Shown: positions 1 to 11,662 of the stretch, one piece after another
How positions within the stretch are numbered: position 1 is the first letter of the stretch
How the letters are laid out: each line of letters begins with the position of its first letter
DNA from: Octopus sinensis
Taxonomy: Eukaryota
DNA length: 64,000 nucleotides
Assembly: GCF_006345805.1 (NCBI RefSeq)
Contig: NC_043010.1
Location: 46,314,001-46,378,000, forward strand
Direction: 5' to 3'
Notes under the pieces: generated by a model
The model's input: the letters and a program-made list of their open reading frames with translations, nothing else
Databases searched by the model: none
Told to the model about the DNA's origin: nothing
Program-made: the position numbers and the translations under genes

Positions 1-189
1 TCCCTTTAATCACAATTTTAGCTTCAGTAAGAAGAAAGTAATTTGCCTGATTGATAAAACTTTTTTTTCCTCTCTCAATTTTTGACCATCAAACTCATGC
101 TTTTTCCATCTCCCCAACTATTTCTATTCAACAATTCAGAATTTATCTACACATCATGGTTATTTGAATCCATTTCCTACACGCATGCA

Positions 190-239
<50 letters not shown>

Positions 240-464
240 CACACAACACACACACACACAGATACACACACACATGCACAAATACACACACACACACATG
301 CATCAGTATGTTATTGTCTGTTATTCGCTTTTATGCGTAAACCTTGCACAAAGCATTAAATGCAGCTCTTTGTCTTCTAGGTTGCCTATCTTATTGTGAA
401 ACTCTTATATGTTTTCTTTATACTAATGTTTAAAACAACTGTAAACTCCACATTAACCACTCAC

Positions 465-497
465 TATATTCTCTTCGTCTTGTGTTTGTCTTCTGTT
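465..497 (-). CDS. Exon J (33 nt, phase 0-0): NRRQTQDEENI; gene probably continues off the left edge
   Basis: Acceptor gcttctctcag|AAC, consensus donor ATA|gtgagt. Confidence 0.6.
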
Positions 498-607
498 CTG
501 AGAGAAGCACCATTGCCAAGATTATTGTCCATTTTTCCCCTTTGTCATATTAAAATTTCAGCCCAGGTGCTGCACTGATCAATTTTCCTATTCCTTTCTT
601 TTAAGAG

Positions 608-644
<37 letters not shown>

Positions 645-945
645 GTTTAACGTCCGCTTTCCATGCTAGCATGGGTTGGACGGTTCAACTGGGGTCTGGG
701 AAGTCCGAAGGCTGCACCAGGCCAGTCAGATCTGGCAGTGTTTCTACAGCTGGATGCCCTTCCTAACGTCAACCACTCCGAGAGTGTAGTGGGTGATTTT
801 ATGTGCCACCGACACAGGTGCCAGACGAGGCTGGCGAACGGCCACGCTCGGATGGTGTTTTTTACGTGCCACCGGCACGGAGGCCAGTCAATGCGGTTCT
901 GGCTACGGCCACGTTCGGATGGTTTTCGTATGTGCCACCGGCACT
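608..945 (-). mobile_element. 3' tail of RTE-associated retroelement (family C) with (GAT)n end and internal about 60-bp tandem units
   Basis: Related sequence recurs at about 11215-11480, 23551-24075, 30025-30255, 46340-46505 and 53905-54175. Confidence 0.8.
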
Positions 946-950
946 GGTAC

Positions 951-1042
951 CACAAAACTACAAATTCCGTTTTCCAGAACATTTGTATCAATCTCACTAA
1001 TTTCAAAGAATTTCTGAATGCCATGGGTACTGTCCTTTCCTT
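951..1042 (-). CDS. Exon I (92 nt, phase 1-0): (E)GKDSTHGIQKFFEISEIDTNVLENGICSFV
   Basis: Acceptor ttatatcttaattag|AA, donor GTG|gtacca; unique island between two LINE-derived pieces. Confidence 0.6.
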
Positions 1043-1049
1043 CTAATTA

Positions 1050-1545
1050 AGATATAAAGTGCGAGAGGCCCTTTGTCACCATTAGAGGTAGAAGCTGTCT
1101 GAAATTTGCCCAGGCTATTCTTATTATGGTGGTAACACTCTCTGAGCATTCAGCCCCACTACAGACTTGGTCACCTAGGTAGCGGAAGCTATCAATTACT
1201 TCTAGTTTCTCCCCCTGGCATGTGATGGAATCTGTTTTCTGAGCATCTGTAGTGTTTATTACCCTTGTGCATCTGGTGCACACGAAAGCTATCTTCCCTC
1301 TTAATCTTCCTTTGATGTTGCTGCACCGCTTATGTGTCCATAGCGTACACTGGGTACATCTTATGGAGTTTCTACTTACACCTTTTCTATAGATCAAGCA
1401 GGGCCTCCTATCTGAAGGGGTGTGTGATGTGTTTACCTTCCTACTTATTAGAACTTTGGTCTTTGCAACATTGACTCTAAGGCCCTTTGATTCTAAACCT
1501 TGCTTCCACACCTGAAATTTCTTCTTTAGTTCTGGTAGTGTTTCT
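1050..1545 (-). mobile_element. RTE-type LINE reverse-transcriptase fragment with an embedded Cys/His (PHD-like) insert
   Basis: ORF 1047..1565: GLRVNVAKTKVL ... CTQCTLWTHKRCS...FVCTRC ... LEVIDSFRYLGD...RIAWANFRQLLPL are late RT and thumb motifs. Confidence 0.85.
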
Positions 1546-1565
1546 CTTTTACTTGTTTCAGTCAT

Positions 1566-1924
1566 GTGACTGAAGCCAATGCTGGAGCACTGCCTTTAGT
1601 CGAGCAAATTGACCCAAGGACTTATTCTTTGTAAGCCTGGTACTTTTACTATCTGTCTCTTTTGCCGATCCGCTAGGTAACAGGGACGTAAACACACCAG
1701 CATCGGTTGTCAAGCGATGTTGAGGGGACAAACACAGACACACAAACATATACATATATACGACAGGCTTCTTTCAGTTTCCGTCTACCAAATCCACTCA
1801 TAGGGCTTTGGTCGGCCCAAGGCTATAGTAGAAGACACTTGCCCAAGGTGCCACACAGTGGGACTGAACCTGGAACCATGTGGTTGGTAAGCAAGCTACT
1901 TACCACACAGCCACTCCTTCGCCT
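1566..1924 (-). mobile_element. tRNA-derived SINE, family A, inserted in the LINE fragment
   Basis: A box TGGCTGTGTGG, B box GGTTCAGTCCC, central TA/TG microsatellite, aagtaaaaga-type tail; more than 20 copies in the window. Confidence 0.9.
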
Positions 1925-3113
1925 GTAGTGTGTATTTTTAAGCTCAAATCTGGTTTTCTGCTTTTTGGGATTTTTTTTTTTTTTTTGATGGAGAATAGCA
2001 CTATTATTTGTTAGCCTGTCTATGTATCTCAGTCTGCCTACTTCTCCCTCTCTATGTATCTTATTATGCAGTATGTGTGTGGATTGTTCTTTGTATTATA
2101 CTTCCACATTATTTATGATACTTCCTCTTGGTGAAATAATAAATATCACAAATTTCCTATTACATTTTCAGCAATCAAACAATTTCTTAGTTGACAAGGT
2201 ACAGGCTTGGTTTCACTATAGATTCTCTGTTGTTTTTATAATAGTTGTTGGTTGTTTTCTCTCTTTAAATGCCATTTATGTTTCTGTTTATAATATATTC
2301 AATTAGACTGTACAGTGTTAGGATTGCTGATTGAAGTTGTGTTTATGGATGCTGGTGTGGCTGTGTGATTTAAAAAGCTTACTTTTCAACCATATGGTCT
2401 TGGGTTCATCTCACTGCACATCACCTTGGACAAGTGTCTTCTTTTATAGCCTTGGGGCTACCAAAATCTTGTGAGTGGATTTGGTGCAAGTAAACTGAAA
2501 GTAATCAGTTGTGTGTGTTTGTATATTATTTGTTTTTGTGTTGTGTTTATCAACCATACAGTCATATTTTTTTATTGCCCACAAGGGGCAAAACATAGAG
2601 GGAACAAACAGGGACAGACAAAGGGATTAAGTTGATTACATTGACCCAGTGCATAACTGGTACTTAATTTATCGTCCCCGAAAAGATGAAAGGCAAAATC
2701 AACCTCAGCAGAATTTGAACTCAGAACGTAACAGCAGACGAAATACCACTAAGCATTTCGCCCGGCGTGCTAACACTTCTGCCAGCTCGCCGCCTTATTC
2801 TCCAGTCTTGCCCACCACCACTACCACCTGACAACTGGTGTTGGTTAGTTTAAGTTTCTTTATCTTAGCAGTTTGGAAAAAAACAAAAACAAAACTGATA
2901 GAATAAGTACCAGACATACAAATAAGAGCTGGAGTTGATTTATTCAACCAAACTCTTCAAGACAGTGCCCCAGCACTGAAACAAGTAAAAGATAATTTTT
3001 GATATTATCTAGTGTCTTACATGACAGTGCATTGAAGTAGATTTTTGTCTTGCAGGTTTTTGGTGTACTGTACTCTACATACATGCACATACATGCGCAC
3101 ACAAATCTGTTTT

Positions 3114-3357
3114 GGGTGAGCTTGCAGAAACGTTAGCACACCGGGCGAAATGCTTAGCGGTATTTCATCTGCCATTACGTTTGTCTGCCGTTATGTTCTG
3201 AGTTCAAATTCCGCCGTGGTCGACTTTGCCTTTCATCCTTTCGGGGTCGATAAATTAAGTACTAGTTACGCACTGGGATCAATGTAATTGACTTAATCCC
3301 TTTGTCTGTCCTTGTTTGTCCCCTCTATGTTTGGCCCCTTGTGGGCAATAAAGAAAT
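3114..3357 (+). mobile_element. tRNA-derived SINE, family B
   Basis: Head GGCGAGCTGGCAGAA, B box GAGTTCAAATTCC, core gcctttcatcctttcggggtcgataaattaagtac, aataaagaaat tail; copies also at about 2560-2805(-), 10968-11198(-), 16530-16706(-), 43678-43911(+), 44337-44568(-), 52101-52345(+), 57192-57425(+). Confidence 0.9.
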
Positions 3358-3477
3358 AACAAATATGTTTTGGGAACCAATACCATGGCCCCCATGAACA
3401 CCAATGAAGATACCGGTTTGCCACTTGTCTTTGAGGTAGTCTGTAGATGGGTGTCACACACAGTGGTGACATATTAG

Positions 3478-3692
3478 ACAGCCTGAAACCAAACAATGGC
3501 TTCCGTCTCTGGCTTACCACAAAAGTGCAACCACGTTTCCCCAGTGTTTTGCTCCAGTCTAGTTTTAAAATCACCTACGAGTCACTTCTTGGGCTAAAGA
3601 AATCTCTCCAACAAACATACAAGGCCTGGTCAAGTGAGTACCCACGACAGTGAGTCCAACCTGTGCACACACAGTGAGTTTCTTTTGGCAGG
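3478..3692 (+). pseudogene. DYNC2H1: Decayed fragment of cytoplasmic dynein-2 heavy chain (AAA6 / C-terminal region)
   Basis: SLKPNNGFRLWLTTKVQPRFPSVLLQSSFKITYESLLGLKKSLQQTYKAW matches recalled DYNC2H1 TLQPKDTFRLWLTAEVHPNFTPILLQSSLKITYESPPGLKKNLMRTYESW at about half of positions; the conserved PPG is changed to LLG, then a stop/frameshift follows. Confidence 0.8.
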
Positions 3693-4431
3693 GTCTCCAT
3701 CTACCAAATCCACTCACAAGGCTTGCATTGGCATTGGGCTACTGTAGAAGACGTTTTGCCCAAAGTTCCATGCAGCAAGACTGAACACAGAACCATGTGG
3801 TTGGGAAGCAAACTTCTTACCACACAGCCACGCCTGTACCGTTACATCATTTCTTATTTGCTTATTATTTTTGATTTGATTAGGTCTTTGTGTAAGTGTA
3901 GCTGTGTGTGTGGTTCTTTGTGTTTGTGTGATTCATTTAGTTGCATTCTTTTAAATACTTAATGACTTTCCATTATTGTGAGAATGTGTAGATAACATCT
4001 TGTTTGTTGACTGTAGACAGTAGTCAGGGTATATTGATTTATAACTTCCATTAATGAATCTTGTTTATCTTGTCTGTAATATAATTTTACTGTATTTCTC
4101 TTTTACATTAAAGACATCCATCTACTATTGAGAGAATAACAGGAAGACTCTTGGCAAATTAAGACCAAACCTGTGGAACTAAAATACCCTGTACAGGCAT
4201 AAAAAGTTTGCTTCCTACCCACATGATTCTGGGTTCAGTCCCACTGCATGGCACCTTAGGCAGGTGTCTTCTACTTATAGACCTTGATTAATCAAAGGTT
4301 AATGAGTGAATTTAATAGATGGAAATTGGAAGAGGCCTGTCATATGTGTATATCTATGTGTTATTGTGTTTGTCCTCCACAACTGCTTGAAAACAGGTGT
4401 CGGTTTGTTTACGTCCCCCATAATTTAGCAG

Positions 4432-4592
4432 CAGGGCTGGTTTTAAGCCATTCAGGCTGATTTGTTCAAATCGGGCCCTGCATCAAGAGAGGGTCCCATG
4501 GCTGGGACTGGCATACTACACAAAGCATAAAACATCAATCTTCAGCTTTTGTTGAGTAGGGAACCCTACTGCACTTCCTAGCACCAACCCTG
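4432..4592. mobile_element. Small hAT-type MITE inserted in a family-A SINE
   Basis: Ends cagggctggt...accaaccctg (9/10 inverted); flanks tttagcag / cttagcag (7/8 TSD). Confidence 0.65.
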
Positions 4593-5156
4593 CTTAGCAG
4601 TTTGGCAACAGAGACTGATAGGATATGTATCAGGCTTTAAAAAAAAACCAGATGAGTACTACTGTTGGTTTGTTTAACTAAATGTTTCAAGGTGGTGCTC
4701 CAACATAGCTGCACCACAATGACTGAAACAAGTAAAAGATATTGTCTCAGCATGATCCTTTTTCCATAAGGGAGAAGGGAAGTTAATGAAAACTAAATAA
4801 CTAATGAGATTTTATCTAATTCTAATTTTTGTTTGTAAAAAGAAAACAAAAACATTCTTGAAAATAAAATCAGAATTATTTCCGTGTTTATTATAATAAA
4901 AAGAAAGGAATCAGTTGGAAAAAAACACATCATTCTTCCATCATCAAAAAGAAGTGATGAAATATAAAAATACTTCAGTTTTTTTTCTGTTGTTGTTTTT
5001 TTTATTAGGTTTTGTCTGTTGTCTTCAAGGTTTTCTGTTCTTTTTTGGGTTTTTGTTTTGCCTTTTTCTTTTGTAAAGGTTGTTGAAAAGTTGTTTACGT
5101 ATTAGACTTAATTATTTTTAAATAGAAGTTATGCTTTAAAAAATGTTCCTTTTCAC

Positions 5157-5345
5157 CATATATAGAAGTGCCAAGATTCACATTACTTAATTGGAAGCAA
5201 TTTTCAATTCTATATGAAAAGTATTCATCCATCCCTCCATCTTCATTGTCCAGTATTTCTGAGAAGGTTGTAGGAGTAGTCTTCAAGAACTTTCTCCATA
5301 GGGTCCTAGCAAAAGTAACCACCATTACACTCTCTGGATGGATTC
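5157..5345 (-). CDS. Exon H (189 nt, phase 1-1): (G)IHPESVMVVTFARTLWRKFLK...CFQLSNVNLGTSIY
   Basis: Acceptor cttag|GA (alternative catccag|AG 12 nt downstream, same phase), donor ATG|gtgaaa; overlaps ORF 5095..5325. Confidence 0.75.
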
Positions 5346-5832
5346 CTAAGTACGGCCAACTGAGATTACTCTTTTACTCTTTTACTTGTTTCAGTCATTT
5401 GGCTGTGGCCATGCTGGAGCACCGCCTTTAGGCGAGAAAATCAACCCCAGGATTTATTCTTTGTAAGCCTAGTACTTATTCTATCGGTCTATAGTAGACA
5501 CTTGCCCAAGGTGCCAGGCAGTGAGACTGAACCCAGAACCATGTGGTTGGTAAGCAAGTTACTTGCCACACAGCCACTCCTGCGCCTCTATGTTTTTTTT
5601 TTTTTACTTCTTTCAATTATTTGACTATGGTGATGCTGGGGCATCATCTTGAAGGGCTTTAGTGAAACAAATCAACCCCAGGACTTTTAAGCTCAGTACT
5701 TATTTTAGCAGTCTCTTTTGCTGCACTGCTAGATTACAGAGACATACCAGCACCAGTGTCAAGTAGTAGTGGGGGACAAACAACAGACAAAAAAGATACA
5801 TAGACACACACACACACACACATTCACACACA

Positions 5833-5865
<33 letters not shown>

Positions 5866-6340
5866 TATAAGCTTCTTTCAGTTTCCACCTACAAAATCCA
5901 CTCATAATGTTTTGGTCGACCCGAGTAGAAGACACTTGCCTAAGGTGCCATGCAGTGGAACTGAACCCAGAACTATGTGGCTGGGGAGCGAGCTTCTTAA
6001 CGTACAGCCATGCCTGTGCCTATCTATATGAACATTATACAAACTCTTCCAGGCTTGCGTACTGTACGAAAAAGTGGTACCCCTCCCCCCTCATCAATAC
6101 ACAACTACATTAATAGGCCCATAGTATTTCTGTGCCCTTGTACTGCAAAACTCACACACCTAATTTAAGATAGATCTTGGTCATGACATATAGTCTGTTT
6201 TAGGAGTCTAATATTATCAGATCTCACTCCTTTACAGGTTTCACTATAGTCAAGAGATGAAGAGAGAAAGAGAGAAATATATATATTGTTACACTTTGGG
6301 ATGGTCATCTTTTACACTATCTATTTGATTTTCACTTTAC

Positions 6341-6386
<46 letters not shown>

Positions 6387-7289
6387 TGTTTAGTTGTCAA
6401 AATTCTTTGATCACACATTCTGTGACCTCTTCACTGAGTTTCTTTCCCATATATCTCCTCTTGTCCTGCATGTGTTTAATTGGCAAAAGGATGACCATCC
6501 CCATGTATAGCTACTGACATGGTTTGGACAGGTCTTGTGATCCTAGGCATCTTTAATTCAGAGTTACACCCCTCGTTCATTCAGTTCATTTTTGGCTTGG
6601 TTTCTAAGGCTGGATATCCTTCTTATTACCAACCATTTACAGAGTCTACTGAGTATATTTTAATCTAGCACTATCACTAGAGGGGTTGTCATGTCCTCAA
6701 CAAGCCTGAAGAGTTCTCCCAATACTATATTGCCTCAACATATATCCAAATGGATATGTTTCTGCAAGATATAAAATAAAATAAATAAATGCATAAAATT
6801 TGTCACACTTATTTTGCGTATCCTTGAGTGTAGGACATTAATTTCTCTTCTGTCATTCTGCAATTGATATCATTTTGTTTGGTAACCGGTAATAAATTTA
6901 AAAATTTCTTTTTCATGCCTGTGACTAACTTGTTTGTCATAGGCTTGAAATATTTTGCACTCCCCTTAATTTTTGCTGTTGCTATTGTTACATGCACACA
7001 TGCATGCACACACACACACACACACAATTTCATGCATACATACTTTCTATTAGACAGCAGAAGGTCTTCAGAGATGCACCAGCCCCCCCCCCCCCATTTA
7101 TACAAGTATTTTGGCCCTTAATTTCTTATACTCTAAGTAAGCTGAGTCACATCCAGATCATTACTCCTGGATCCCTTCTGGCTCTATTTAGGTTTGAACC
7201 TGTACTCTACATCACCTTGGCTGTCGTAACCACTTCCCTATGAGAGATTAGCTGTACGCAAGATGAGTTATGCATTCTGAAATTTACTT

Positions 7290-7500
7290 TCATTTTTCCT
7301 TGACTATATCCCATAGAAACTCTTTTTCTAGCTGCTTCTTCAATTGCCTTTAGGACTCTGGCCTTCTTCTTGCCGGATATTGAGAATAGTTTCATGGCAT
7401 CATAAACAGACTTGCTTACAAAGCTCCTTGCCCCCACTTTTCAGGTGAGGTCCTTGGTGTGACAGCTAGATTCCGTCAAGTGTTGACTGGAGCTTCATTC
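7290..7500 (-). mobile_element. Degenerate C-terminus of a restriction-like-endonuclease LINE (HERO-like)
   Basis: xVGARSFVSKSVYDAMKLFSISGKKKARVLKAIEEAA followed by a frameshifted SFxWI; resembles the recalled HERO motif EVG(C/A)RGFxxxS...GIxGxxxxRxIKxxxEAAExASxWxW. Confidence 0.55.
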
Positions 7501-7722
7501 TATTTTGCTTCTGTTGACCCTGTGCTCACTTGTTAACCACCTAACTGTAGTGTGCTAGGTGTGTGTGTGTGTGTGTGTATACACACACGTAACTGGGGAA
7601 ATGTAAAGATGTGTACGACCACCCTTGGACGGTTTTGAATGACCATAGAAAGTGCGAGCCCTCTAACTGAAAAATTGTGGATTTGTATAAAGGACACACA
7701 CACAGGCATTTTGCCGTTTATA

Positions 7723-7780
<58 letters not shown>

Positions 7781-7900
7781 TACATATATATACATTTAAA
7801 ATGTATACAGATAGATGTTATGTAGTTGCTGGTTCCATCAGTCAGAAAGTTACCATTGGTTTAACATCTGTTATTGTTCTTAGCAATATAGGCGACTCAC

Positions 7901-7913
7901 CAGACTTCCTGGC
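7901..7913 (-). CDS. Exon G, candidate 13-nt micro-exon (phase 0-1): ARKS(G)
   Basis: Acceptor cagttgttctag|GCC, consensus donor CTG|gtgagt; supplies the phase change needed between F and H. Confidence 0.5.
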
Positions 7914-8199
7914 CTAGAACAACTGATCAATATGTATATATATGACTGGCTTCGACGTACTTTGTAGCTACCAAATTCTCCTCATGAGATATTGGTCAAC
8001 TCGAGACCATGGTACAAGACATTTGCCTAAGATATCACACAGTAAAATCAAACTGAAAGTAATATTGCTGCAAAATAAACTGCTTAATGATACAGCTATG
8101 CCTGCATTTATTTAAGTATTTTATGTTTCTAATATTTACTTTGTTTTTTTCCCACTGCCAGCACATTCAAAACTAATTGCCAGTGGTATACTATGACTA

Positions 8200-8283
8200 A
8201 TTATATTTATATCAAATTAATTGCAATTTATATTTATATCAAATTAATTGCAATTTATATTTATATCAAATTAACTGCAATTA
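8200..8283. repeat. 27-bp tandem repeat, 3 copies
   Basis: atatcaaattaa recurs with its atc at 8211, 8238 and 8265. Confidence 0.9.
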
Positions 8284-9870
8284 AATATCTTATATATTAT
8301 ATTCATTTCCCAAATAGTCTTCAAGACTGAGGGAGCATCTATATCAAGCACAGACCTTTTTCAAGATGTGGGTCACATGAGACATGGTTCATCATCAAGT
8401 GGGATGCACTGCTAGAATTTCAAGTAATTTTTCATTTAGGTGTGCCTTTCAGAAAGTCCATTTTTACATGGTGCCAGCACCAGTGATGTCATCAAATACC
8501 CCCAAGATAAGACTACCTCAACTGAGCAGAGTATAGACTGGAGGGATAAGAAACTATGATAGTATATAGGCAAATCAAAAATGAAAAACAAAAATAAAAG
8601 CAAAAGCAACAAAAGTCAAAAGGACATACACAATAAGTGTATTAGGACACTCAGTTTAACACTTTAGCACTTCTACTGACCATATCCAGCCAAAATATTC
8701 TACTTGCTTTATGTCCCTCATAACTTAGCAGTTTGGCAAAAAGTGACTGATAGAATATGTATAAGGTTTTTAAAAATGTAAATATAAATACCGGAGTCAA
8801 GTTGTTCAACTAAAACACTTCAAGGTGGTGCCCCAGCATGGCCACTGTCTAATGACTGAAACAAGTAAAAGATAACAAATAAGAGCTTTCCAAGACCTTC
8901 TGCCTCCTAAAAAGAAATTCTCTAACTAAATGCTATAACTCTTTATCCGTAATTACTTAAGTGCTGTTCAAATTTGTGTTGTGTAGTTTAGGATTAGGTA
9001 GGATCAACACTATGATTTATCCTTGGTAATCTTAATATAGAATCTAAGTTTACTTACATTATTAATTATTTGTTGAAAACATTAAACTGTTTTATCGCAG
9101 CACTTCACAAACATAATTATGAATTAGATCATCTAAAATCACAAACAGCTCTAAATACTTTATTGAATCAATAATCATTCTTACCAACTAAAGCAGAAAA
9201 TCATTTCTATCAATAAACTTTTATACAAATACTGTACCAAAATGACACACTTAATGGTTTTAAAATTTTACATAAATTTTTTTTTTCTTAATTATAAGTA
9301 CTAAGTTGTAAGTTATAGATCAGAACAAGAAACCTGTTTAGACTGATTTATAAATATCATTATAAGTGTACCATTCATTTTAGCTACTGTCTAGGATGTA
9401 GGCAGAACATTAGACATGCATATTGCATTCAGTTTTCTTTGTTTTTGCTATATCTAGATTTTGAAATATAATTCTATGAGTATAAACTCAGATGCTTGAT
9501 ATATTTATATAATGTAGAACACAGTCATGGCTGAATGGGTAAGAAGTCTGCTTCACAACCACAAGGTCCTGGGTTCAATCCCACTGCATGGCATCTTGGG
9601 CAAATATTTTTTACAGCAGCTTTGGATCAGCATAAGCTTTGGAAGTGTAATCAGGTAAATGGAAACTGTTTGGAAGCCCAATAAATGGATTGTACCTGTA
9701 TTTCAAAAGTCCAGTCTTGTAACATTCAGTATAATGCTGATTTTACTGAGAATTACATTAAGAGTCTAAATGTGTACCTGTATGTGGAATACTCAGGGGT
9801 TACAAGGACGTAAACACACCAACACTAGTTGCCAAGTGGTGGTGGAGAACAAAGAAAGATACACACACAT

Positions 9871-9911
<41 letters not shown>

Positions 9912-11631
9912 ATCTGAAATGTATAGTATTGAATATCCATAACAGCTGATCTTACCGATTGGTTTCGTGCAAAGAATACAATAAAGTCAACCTCGGCTGA
10001 ATTTGAACTCAGAACGTAACGGCATTTCGCTCAGTGTGCTAACGATTCTGCCAGTTCACTGCCCTGTGTCCCCCACAATATTGATGTTTTTTTAGGGGAC
10101 TGTTTGTAAGTTTGTTATGTACACAACCACAAGTTATTTCAAATTTGTATATGACTGACAGGTTTCTATTTAGTTTTGGTAAATTGCTTTTATTCACTCT
10201 GGATAATTATCAGGACCATAGCATTTGCTCTAAAATCTAAATATGTTTTTTTTCTCTTGCGAAATAGTACACAATAATCAATGAAACAAATCCATGATTA
10301 TAAATCTGGCCAGCTTTATAGATTTGTTATGTTATAGATATGTGTCTGGCAAAGAGAAAAAAAATGGTTTCAGTAACAACTGTGAAAATGATGAATTATT
10401 TAAATAGAAAAATATGATACTTCAAGCCATGATAATTTACCACATGACAGTATTTCATTGGAAACTATAAGATTTCTGCTTCATAGTAACTATATAGTCA
10501 AAGTGGTAGACCAGAATTTTTGCATTCAGAAAATTTTTGTTCACCATTAAATTTTGCAAAAGAAAGTGGGTAAAAAATCACTTTTTATAAAAATCATATT
10601 TTTAAAGTTCATATGTTATAATTGGTTTTGAAAACAATCAAGAATTTTGAATTTAATAAAGTAACTAACTTCTTTATTTTTATTCAGCTGTTTGGAACAT
10701 AATGAAAAAGGTTTCTTGCATCAAATTATGTGGACAAGTTTTAATTTGAATATGAGCACTTTAAAATGAAAGGATTTTATATCTTAAAAATGAAAGATGA
10801 GTCTCAGACAATTTGGTAATAAAAAGATTTAAGGATATTTTTTACATTGAGACTTCCACAATTATAAGACAATCTTGACTCAAGCAAGATTCAAATTCAG
10901 TAATAAGATGTTGTCATTTCTACTTTACCTGCCTCTCTCTAGCTGTATATTAAAACATGTATATCTATTTCTTTACTGCCCACAAGGGGCTACACACAGA
11001 AGGGACAAACAAGGATAGACAAACGGATTAAGTCAATTATATCAACCCCAGTGTGTAACTGGTACTTAATTTATCGACCCCGAAAGGATGAAAGGCAAAG
11101 TTGACCTTGGCGGAATTTGAACTCAGAACGCAACGGCAGAAGAAATACCGCTAAGCATTTCGTCCGGCGTGCTAATGTTTCTGCCAGCTCGCCACCTTAT
11201 ATATATCATCATCATCATCATCATCATTTATTAATGTCCATTTTCCATGCAGGCATGGATTGGACAGTTTTAGCAGAGCTGGCAAGCAGGAGAGCTACAC
11301 CAGTTCCAGTCTTATTTGGCTTGGTTTCTATAACTGGATGCCCTTCCTAACACCAGCCACTTAACTGTGTGTGGGGGGGTACTTTTAACATGGTACCAGC
11401 ATGAGCACTTTCACATGGCACTGGAACAGGGTTCTTGCAGCCCAATCCTCTTCATCAGGGTGAGCTGCATTAACACTTCTGCTGTGGAATACAGATCTTC
11501 TTGAGTACAAGTTGCCAGATATCTTGGTCCTTTGTCATTTCCTCTGTAAGGTTCAATGGCCTGAAGTTGTCCTCCAGTACTTCGGTACTTTGTCCTATAT
11601 TATATATATATATATATAATATATATATATA

Positions 11632-11662
<31 letters not shown>

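Noticed and set aside
82-399. His/Thr-, Tyr/Ile- and Cys/Val-rich ORFs (also 19308-19832, 45193-45798, 51362-51925, 54249-54939, 63172-63951)
   Set aside because: Translations of (CA)n, (TA)n and (TG)n microsatellites
790-960. CRISPR-like array of palindromic GTGCCACCGGCAC motifs (also 23715-24010)
   Set aside because: The intervening sequences are homologous to each other rather than unique spacers; the array is part of a dispersed retroelement tail in a eukaryote; no cas genes
647-1046. Overlapping 65-127-aa ORFs (also 23567-23981)
   Set aside because: They are reading frames through the family-C repeat; the same peptides recur at every copy
3478-3653. Idea that genomic Thr/Lys at conserved Ala/Glu positions of the dynein fragment are restored by A-to-I recoding
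   Set aside because: The Pro>Leu (C>T) changes and the downstream stop/frameshift cannot be repaired by A-to-I editing; neutral decay explains all of them
6809-7000. Minus-strand ORF ending ...TEEKLMSYTQGYAK-stop as a terminal exon
   Set aside because: No credible acceptor, and the gene model continues through exons H-J
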